DNA from: Promethearchaeota archaeon
Lineage (GTDB): Archaea; Asgardarchaeota; Lokiarchaeia; Sigyniarchaeales; SOKP01
Assembly: GCA_019058295.1 (NCBI GenBank)
Contig: JAHPZI010000005.1
Span: 1-33,292 of the forward strand
Reading direction: 5' to 3'
Length of the DNA: 33,292 bases
Shown here: piece by piece, positions 26,661 through 33,292 of the stretch
Layout of the letters: each line of letters starts with the position of its first letter
Numbering within the stretch: position 1 is the stretch's first letter
Notes under the pieces: model-generated
The model's database searches: none
The model's input: the letters and a program-made list of their open reading frames with translations, nothing else
What the model was told of the DNA's origin: nothing
Program-made: the position numbers and the translations under genes

Positions 26661-27432
26661 ATTTTTTTAACCAATTTAAATTTGAATATTTCTCAACTAC
26701 TAACTTTTCAGCTAGTTTTAATTCGTAATCTGAAAAAGAACCTTTTTTTAATTTAACACCTAATATTTTTTCAAAACCACGTTTCAATGAAGTAAGAAAT
26801 TTCTTTTCATCATAATTATGTAGCACGTCTTTAAGACCTATACATTTAGCTCTAACAGATTTAACCATCCTTGATTTACTGACATTCTCAGGTGATTTCA
26901 GAATTGAATACATTAATTCAGGATCAATTTCTAATAAAATAGTACCATGCTGTAGGATATGCCCTGTTTTTCTTAATTGTGCATTCCCAGAAAATTTTTT
27001 TCCTTCTAGAAAAATTGCCGGACAATGAATAATACCCTTTTCAGGTCTCAGTCCAAATATAGTTAATCCGGCAATTATTCCTTGAGTAATGATTTCAAAT
27101 TGTTCTAATACATTTTTAGCACCCATATCCTCTAAAAATTTTATTGGACATACAATAGAGTATGTGATTTCACCTACATTATCGTGAAGTACTGCGCCAC
27201 CCCCCGTGATTCTCCTAACTACATTAAAACCTCTTTCTTTCGCAAAATTAATATCTACTTCAGCCGATAAGCTCTGATTTCTGCCAATGCTAGCTGTAGA
27301 AGGATCCCATTTATAAAATCTTAATGTATTCAGCGATTTCTTTTTTATAACTGAATTTAGAATAGCTTCATCTAAAGCCATATTCCAAAAACCATTTTTT
27401 GTTTCTAACGGTAAAAATCGCCAAGTTTTCAT
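26653..27432 (-). CDS. Lipoate/octanoate-protein ligase catalytic domain (LplA/LipM family)
   Basis: NMALDEA, LRFYKW, VRRITGGGAVLH, GKKFSGNAQ, LQHGT. Confidence 0.9.
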   Translation of the reverse strand: MKTWRFLPLETKNGFWNMALDEAILNSVIKKKSLNTLRFYKWDPSTASIGRNQSLSAEVDINFAKERGFNVVRRITGGGAVLHDNVGEITYSIVCPIKFLEDMGAKNVLEQFEIITQGIIAGLTIFGLRPEKGIIHCPAIFLEGKKFSGNAQLRKTGHILQHGTILLEIDPELMYSILKSPENVSKSRMVKSVRAKCIGLKDVLHNYDEKKFLTSLKRGFEKILGVKLKKGSFSDYELKLAEKLVVEKYSNLNWLKKYE

Positions 27433-27448
27433 AGGTCAATAATAAAAA

Positions 27449-28447
27449 TTATTTTACAAATCTTTGTAATTGATTATAAATCTCATCTTTTTCTTCACTA
27501 GTTAATTTTCTCGGAAAATTATATATCGGTCCCGAAGGTCTTGAAGTATAGTAAGGTCGATTACATCCTGAGCATCCCGAAGTCAAGAATGCATCGCCCT
27601 CATCAACGATATTTCTTAAATCTCCTTTGTTTATATTAATGTTGATTATATCTCCTTTTAAATTAAAAGTAAAATCTTCTAACTTTTTATTCTTATGTAT
27701 GATAAGATATCTTCCAAGTTGTACTTTTCTAAAATCAATTAGAGTTGGTTGTTCTATATTTTCAAATTTAGTTCCTTTTATTGGCATAAACGCAAATAAT
27801 GAAGGTAAAATGGTTAAATTATGCAATTTTTCAATAAGTTTTAAAAGATCTCTCTGATTTTCCCCTAACCCAACGATGAGATGAGTGCTTACATAACCTC
27901 TAGAAAAAATTTCAAGGGCATCTTTTAAACTTTGTAAATGATCGTTCCAATGATATGGCCCTGAAACTCCCATCCCTTTAATCTTCTCAAAAATTTCAGG
28001 TGTCGACGCATCTAAAGCTATTCCTACTCTTTGAACACCCATAGCTTCTATTTGCTTCAATTTTTCTTTTGACATTGGAGGTATTGCTGCAGATATCGGA
28101 ATACTTGAAACTTTTCTAATTTGAGTAGCTATCTCCATTAAATCGTGAAAATTCTCAGGATAGTTAAGCGTTTGGAGGCATATCCTTTGAAACTTTTTTA
28201 GAGAAGAGACATATTTTAATTTTGTTAAAAATTCTTTAAAAGGAAAGACAGGCCAATTAATGCGTGAAAGCTGTTCAGTTGAACTATGTGAATCCCTTGC
28301 TTGAGGACAAAAACCACAATTCGCAATACAATGACCTTCTTTATAAGTCATTAGATAACATGTAGTGGGTGGAGCATTCAATCTTATTGTATTTAATCCT
28401 AAAACAGATGCACTTCCCACAGAAACTCTAATTTTCTCTATAACCAT
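27449..28447 (-). CDS. lipS2: Radical SAM protein, LipS2-type archaeal lipoyl synthase subunit
   Basis: CIANCGFCPQ, LSRINWP, HLIVGLGE and TSGCSGCNRP (TxGCxxCNRP motif of LipS2). Confidence 0.8.
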   Translation of the reverse strand: MVIEKIRVSVGSASVLGLNTIRLNAPPTTCYLMTYKEGHCIANCGFCPQARDSHSSTEQLSRINWPVFPFKEFLTKLKYVSSLKKFQRICLQTLNYPENFHDLMEIATQIRKVSSIPISAAIPPMSKEKLKQIEAMGVQRVGIALDASTPEIFEKIKGMGVSGPYHWNDHLQSLKDALEIFSRGYVSTHLIVGLGENQRDLLKLIEKLHNLTILPSLFAFMPIKGTKFENIEQPTLIDFRKVQLGRYLIIHKNKKLEDFTFNLKGDIINININKGDLRNIVDEGDAFLTSGCSGCNRPYYTSRPSGPIYNFPRKLTSEEKDEIYNQLQRFVK

Positions 28448-28480
28448 TATTTATCGTTTTGTTATAAATTAAAATTTTTT

Positions 28481-29614
28481 TTATGAGGCTTTATAAGCTT
28501 CACTAATAGCAGAACATCCTCCACATCTCACACAACCCGCTAAATTTTCTAATGGATTGACACCATATTCTTTCATCATTTTTCCTGCCTTAATATAAAT
28601 ATCTAAAAGAACATTATGATTCATATTAGGCTGAGTAGATATCATATCTGGGATTGATCTTACAGAAGTTATATAAGGTATAACTCCTAAAGATACTATT
28701 CTTTCAAGATCATCAATAAATTCTTCGGGAGATTCTCCAAAACCCATTAAAATATAAGTTTCTACTTGATTTTTGCCAAAAACATCAAGAGCTTGCTTCC
28801 AACTATCTTCAAATAATTTATATGGGATCTTAAATTTCCCAGGAGTTATAGTTTTTCTTAGGGATTCGTCAAGAACTTCGATATGAATGCCAATTGTGTC
28901 AGCTCCAGCATCTTTAAGTTTATCAATATAAGATAAATCTTCTAAGGGTTCAATTTGTATGTGCAAAGGAAGATCAGGATATTCATGTTTAATACCTTTT
29001 AAAAGCTCAATATAACGGTTAGCCCCTTTGTCAACGGTGTCCTCGGTTCCACTAGTAAGTGTCATGTGATTACAACGTTTTTCTTTCTTTGCGGCAGCTA
29101 TTACTTCATTCATTTGTTCATAATTTTTTTCTAATATGGTTGTATCATATTTCAATGAAAGTTCAATCCCACAAAATGTGCAAGCTTCCCCACAGCCCCA
29201 ATATCTACATTTTTGGTATATAGTACTCGATAAACAATCAATTCCATGAACCAAAGCTATTCTTTTCATTAAAATTCCTTTAGATGTTTTTTGGTTGTAA
29301 AATTGGGGTTCATCAATAAGTTCTAACCTTCCAAAAGTCCCATTTTCTTTAGAATCATATACTTTAAAATAGCCGTCTATATTTTCTTTTAAAACTAAAT
29401 TAGATTTTTTAGGATCATTCCATAAAGCTATATTTACCAAAGTTCCATCTTCAAATAAAAAATATCTTCCACCTAATGGCCCCGCACCACCTTTTCGGCC
29501 AAAATCTATATTGATACCTTGTGATTTATAATGTTGAATTAGGCTTCCGTCTAAATAGACTCCCTTGCATAATAATTCCGTTTTCTTTTTTAGGACAGTG
29601 TGAATATCAATCAT
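28481..29614 (-). CDS. Radical SAM protein resembling the MSMEG_0568 family
   Basis: RKGGAGP, IALVHG, QKCRYWGCGEACTFCGIE, C-terminal AGCVRCGGCSA. Confidence 0.75.
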   Translation of the reverse strand: MIDIHTVLKKKTELLCKGVYLDGSLIQHYKSQGINIDFGRKGGAGPLGGRYFLFEDGTLVNIALWNDPKKSNLVLKENIDGYFKVYDSKENGTFGRLELIDEPQFYNQKTSKGILMKRIALVHGIDCLSSTIYQKCRYWGCGEACTFCGIELSLKYDTTILEKNYEQMNEVIAAAKKEKRCNHMTLTSGTEDTVDKGANRYIELLKGIKHEYPDLPLHIQIEPLEDLSYIDKLKDAGADTIGIHIEVLDESLRKTITPGKFKIPYKLFEDSWKQALDVFGKNQVETYILMGFGESPEEFIDDLERIVSLGVIPYITSVRSIPDMISTQPNMNHNVLLDIYIKAGKMMKEYGVNPLENLAGCVRCGGCSAISEAYKAS

Positions 29615-29629
29615 GCTTTTGAATAAAAA

Positions 29630-30724
29630 TTATTCACTATAATATTTATAATAAATACTACAAGTTCCTTCCATGGAAACCATACAAGGACCGACTGGAT
29701 TGAGAGGGGTGCAAATTTTTCTAAATAATTTACACTCGTTTGGAGATAATTTTCCGGTCATTATCAAATGACACGAGCATCCAGGATGTATATCCGTTGA
29801 TTTTTCTATTTTTATATCAAATTTTTTGTCTGCATCATATTTTTCATATTGGTCTTTAATGGCCAAACCTCCATCGAGAATTCTACCAATTCCTCTCCAT
29901 GGAGAAGAAACAGACTCAAAAACTTCAGAAATAATTCTTTGAGCGACAATATTTCCTTCAGGCTTAACGACTCTTGAATATTCATTAAGTGTTTCGAATT
30001 TTTTATTTTTAATTTGTTTAAGTAGCATAAGAATTGCGAGTAGAACATCATTAGGTTCAAAGCCAGTAATAACATTTGGAACGTGATAGGCATTAGAAAA
30101 TAATTTGTAAGGTTTTATACCTATAATCGTTGACACATGACCAGGTGATATAAAACCATCTATACTTAATTGATCGATGCTCATTAATAATTCTAAAGCC
30201 GCTGGAATGAGTTTATGCGCACATATTACAGAAAAATTTGAAGGAGGATTGCTTTTTATCTCATACCCAGTTAATGGAACAGTGGTTTCGAATCCAATAG
30301 CAAAAAATATTATTTCTTTGTTAGGATTATCCTTTGCAATTTTAGCAGCATCGTTTGGACCATAAACTATTCGCACATCAGCGCCTTTAGCTTTAAGTTC
30401 CGCTAAAGAGAGGTTTGTAGCTGGAACTCGAATCATATCACCAAAAGTAGTAATTATAACGTCGTCCCGTTTGCCTAATTCGATTGCTTTATCGATATCT
30501 GCTGCTGGACAAACACATACAGGACAACCAGGACCAGAAATAATTTCAATTTCTTTTGGGATAAGTGATCTTAATCCATATTTTGAGATTGTATGCTCGT
30601 GTGTACCACAAACATGCATTATTTTTACCGGCTTATTAATAGCTTTAATATTTTTATTAATAGAACTAATTATCTTATCCGTAAATTGTTTGCTTCTTAA
30701 AATTTTAGATCCTGGAATTTCCAT
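29630..30724 (-). CDS. hypD: Hydrogenase maturation protein HypD
   Basis: MHVCGTHE, GPGCPVC, GFETT, PGHVS, GPCMVSMEGTC; likely start ATG 30724 (ORF track 30790). Confidence 0.95.
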   Translation of the reverse strand: MEIPGSKILRSKQFTDKIISSINKNIKAINKPVKIMHVCGTHEHTISKYGLRSLIPKEIEIISGPGCPVCVCPAADIDKAIELGKRDDVIITTFGDMIRVPATNLSLAELKAKGADVRIVYGPNDAAKIAKDNPNKEIIFFAIGFETTVPLTGYEIKSNPPSNFSVICAHKLIPAALELLMSIDQLSIDGFISPGHVSTIIGIKPYKLFSNAYHVPNVITGFEPNDVLLAILMLLKQIKNKKFETLNEYSRVVKPEGNIVAQRIISEVFESVSSPWRGIGRILDGGLAIKDQYEKYDADKKFDIKIEKSTDIHPGCSCHLIMTGKLSPNECKLFRKICTPLNPVGPCMVSMEGTCSIYYKYYSE

Positions 30725-30783
30725 GTTATTAATATACAGTTTTACTATTTTTTCATTATATTGATTTAAACTTAAAATATAAA

Positions 30784-31836
30784 TTAACAAATTCTAGGTA
30801 TAGGCTCGCCTAGGGGCATATCTACGAATCTTGTGCCACCAACTAAGGTTTTTAATAACACTTTTTTGGGATTTTCAGCTTTTACCTCTCCAATAATTTC
30901 AGCTTCCTTTCCAATTTGAGTAGATTTAATTTTCTTTAGAACAATATCCGCTTGAGCTGGATCAACAGACAAGAGAGCTTTTCCTTCACAGGCTATATTA
31001 AATGGATCTAATCCTAGCATATCGCATATAGCATTTACTTGTTTTTTAATTGGTATTTTTTCTTCCTCTAAATAAATACTTACATTAGATTTTGACGCCC
31101 AATCGTTTAGAGCTCCAGCAATTCCTCCCCTTGTTGGGTCTTTCATTGCATGAATATAATTAGATTTAATTTCAGATTTAATAGATTCATTAATTTCAAG
31201 TAACAAATTTAAATCAGATTCTAAATCAGTGGAAATATTTAAACCTTCACGACTTGCCATTAAGGCAGTTCCATGATCTCCGATAGTCCCTGTAATTATT
31301 ATTTTATCCCCTACTTTTAAACCATTATCTACGATTTTAATTTCCTTATCCTTAATTCCAATTCCAGATGTGGCAATAATTATCTCATTTAAACTTCCAC
31401 TAGGCATAATTTTAGTATCGCCAGCAATTATCGCAATATTCGCTTCTTTTGCTTTTTCATTAAATGATTTTATAATTTTCTCTAAAACTTCGAACTTAAA
31501 ACCCTCTTCAATAATAATCGTAGAAGTTAATGCCAAAGGCTTTGCACCCATCATCAATAAATCATTTACTGTACCGCAAATACTTAATGTTCCCAAATTA
31601 CCTCCCGGAAAGAATAAAGGATATACTGTATGTCCATCAGCAGTTATAACAATTTCTTTATCGTAATTTTCTAAAGGGATGGTTGCACCATCATCTAATT
31701 CTTCCACCCCAATACCTTTATTTACATTTTTCAGCGTGATATCTTTTGTAATGAAATTTATTAATTCTTCTTGTAAAACTCCACCAGCACCATGTGCTAA
31801 ACGGATGATTTTTGAACTCTCTTTTTTCTCACTCAT
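30784..31836 (-). CDS. hypE: Hydrogenase maturation carbamoyl dehydratase HypE
   Basis: LAHGAGG, PLFFPGG, GTVNDL, AGDTK, DPTRGG, C-terminal PRIC. Confidence 0.95.
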   Translation of the reverse strand: MSEKKESSKIIRLAHGAGGVLQEELINFITKDITLKNVNKGIGVEELDDGATIPLENYDKEIVITADGHTVYPLFFPGGNLGTLSICGTVNDLLMMGAKPLALTSTIIIEEGFKFEVLEKIIKSFNEKAKEANIAIIAGDTKIMPSGSLNEIIIATSGIGIKDKEIKIVDNGLKVGDKIIITGTIGDHGTALMASREGLNISTDLESDLNLLLEINESIKSEIKSNYIHAMKDPTRGGIAGALNDWASKSNVSIYLEEEKIPIKKQVNAICDMLGLDPFNIACEGKALLSVDPAQADIVLKKIKSTQIGKEAEIIGEVKAENPKKVLLKTLVGGTRFVDMPLGEPIPRIC

Positions 31837-31903
31837 AATAAAATGAAAGAATTTGAAATTAAAAGAATTTGTGTGATAAATTAAAAGATTGTAGTTTTAA
31901 ATA

Positions 31904-32719
31904 TTAAATCAATTTATTTAGAGAAGCCATTGAATCTATTGCTACTTTATAAGGATCATTTTCCCAAATCTTTTCGTTAAACAATTCTAAAGAAATCCAT
32001 TTATCATATCCTATTTCTTTTAATTTATTGACAAACATTTCAAGATTAAAAAATCCTTGACATGGTAAAACTCTATGAGAATCTTGTAATTCATTAAAAG
32101 GTTTCTCAATAGCATCATTAATATGGATTAGCCATAATTTTTCAAGCTCAATAGTTTCTAATTCTTCAACGGAATGTTCGCCGACGAAATAATGAAAAGT
32201 ATCAATCACCAATCCCATTTCCGGTAAATCCTGATGTTTGATAATTTTTAATGCCATCTTGAGTTTCCTTACAGAACAATTTGGAAATCCGAGCGGTTCA
32301 AATCCAAGTTTGAAATCGTACCTTTCAGCCAAATTCGAAAGAATTTTCAATCGATCTACCGTCTGAGAAATGATTTTTAAATCATTTATATTAGGATCTT
32401 CAAGAAAACTTGGAACCGCTATAATCATGTCGCAACCGATTTGATTGCCAATGTTCATTAATTTTTCAGTATATTCTAAAATCCTTTTGAATTCAGCTTC
32501 AGGACATAATGAAAATAGCTCAATTGCGTTAAAAGTAATACATTCAAGACTGTTTTTTTCTAATAATTCTTTCAATTCTTGAACAGTGTGATTTTTTAAA
32601 TATACAAACGTTTGATCTCGTCTCAATTCAACGCCTTTAAAACCAGCTTTAGATATCGCATCCAAGAAAATATCCATAGGAGCTTTGATTAAAGTTGCTT
32701 GATTTACTGCTAATTTCAT
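31904..32719 (-). CDS. Sugar phosphate isomerase/epimerase family TIM barrel (IolI-like)
   Basis: AGFKGVELR, GFEPLGF, IDTFH, IHIND, HRVLP and SLELFN metal-binding motifs. Confidence 0.85.
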   Translation of the reverse strand: MKLAVNQATLIKAPMDIFLDAISKAGFKGVELRRDQTFVYLKNHTVQELKELLEKNSLECITFNAIELFSLCPEAEFKRILEYTEKLMNIGNQIGCDMIIAVPSFLEDPNINDLKIISQTVDRLKILSNLAERYDFKLGFEPLGFPNCSVRKLKMALKIIKHQDLPEMGLVIDTFHYFVGEHSVEELETIELEKLWLIHINDAIEKPFNELQDSHRVLPCQGFFNLEMFVNKLKEIGYDKWISLELFNEKIWENDPYKVAIDSMASLNKLI

Positions 32720-32807
32720 ATTTTGACCAAACTACTATTTTTTTATTTCGTTAAAGATATAAACCTTAAATACATTATAATTCTAAAATTATTTATAACA
32801 ATCATAA

Positions 32808-33292
32808 ATTCATCGGGGATTTGAAGTTAAAGAAAAAAATAAAATAAAAGTCCTCATAATAATTTTAGGGGTTCTCTTTGTTTTTTCTATTATTGGTCAA
32901 CAAAATTTCAATGATGATAGAAAAAGTAATGATGATAATTATGAAGTTAAACAGGAATATTACGACCAAACAGATTATAAGCATCCAATAGCATCAAATT
33001 CTTGGACTTTCCATTCTTTGCATATTGACGATTCAGGAGGTTCTGGTAATTATACATGGCTTGAAGCAAAGAATGAACCTTGGTGTAATTTTAGTAATGG
33101 AATTTATATCATCGAAAATTTAACTATAGATGCAAGTAATTCAGCAACAGGTAGCGGTATAATTATTGGAAATTCCAGTGTGGATTTCATAATTAGATAT
33201 TGTTCAATAAATAACGCCCATTATGATATACCAGATGCAGGAATTAAATTAAATAACACCCATAATGGTACGATAATTAATAATAACTTTTA
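32808..33292 (+). CDS. Partial secreted/surface protein with right-handed beta-helix (NosD-like) repeats; runs off window; start uncertain
   Basis: Open frame from 32808: basic plus hydrophobic signal KIKVLIIILGVLFVFSII, then LHIDDSGGSGNYTW...PWC...YIIENLTID...GIKLNNTHNGTIINN. Confidence 0.7.
   Translation, partial: MHRGFEVKEKNKIKVLIIILGVLFVFSIIGQQNFNDDRKSNDDNYEVKQEYYDQTDYKHPIASNSWTFHSLHIDDSGGSGNYTWLEAKNEPWCNFSNGIYIIENLTIDASNSATGSGIIIGNSSVDFIIRYCSINNAHYDIPDAGIKLNNTHNGTIINNNF

Noticed and set aside
29620-29636. TGAATAA-aaa-TTATTCA as another operator copy
   Set aside because: A 3-nt spacer breaks the consensus and it overlaps the hypD stop codon; such half-sites are common in this AT-rich DNA
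10889-31666. Remaining short overlapping ORFs (e.g. 10889, 12504, 16134, 16696, 18129, 18774, 22588, 23085, 23187, 24584, 25690, 27627, 29812, 30177, 30471, 31370)
   Set aside because: Shadow or alternate-frame ORFs inside confidently assigned genes

Overview
A very AT-rich archaeal window. Gene content, GGTGA/GAGGTG ribosome-binding sites and a eukaryote-type SECIS point to Asgard archaea, most likely Lokiarchaeota. It is an energy and metallocofactor island. (i) A minus-strand Vhu/Mvh-Hdr operon, vhuG-vhuA-vhuU-hdrC-hdrB, has a split large subunit. Its C-terminal Ni ligands sit on a 49-aa selenoprotein (VhuU, 1616-1765, in-frame UGA) that the ORF track missed, followed by a eukaryote-like SECIS hairpin overlapping the stop codon. 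(ii) An OsmC-like protein, dihydrolipoamide dehydrogenase and an acyl-CoA hydrolase/transferase-GNAT fusion. (iii) A poorly characterised metal/Fe-S module: CDF-NifB/X fusion, polyferredoxin, two NifB/NifX-family proteins, DUF134, two 4Fe-4S MinD-like ATPases, Mrp/Nbp35, IscU-like, a radical SAM protein and DUF5320. (iv) A DtxR-family regulator with feoA/feoA/feoB. (v) An ABC-2 exporter with a wHTH regulator and an unannotated 51-aa Cys/His peptide. (vi) A LipS1/ligase/LipS2 lipoylation cluster plus a third radical SAM protein, downstream of hypE-hypD. A recurring palindrome, TGAATAATTATTCA (7 copies in 4 intergenic regions), links the hydrogenase/Hdr operon to the metal-cluster module as one putative regulon. 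All product calls come from motif recognition by eye; no database searches were run.
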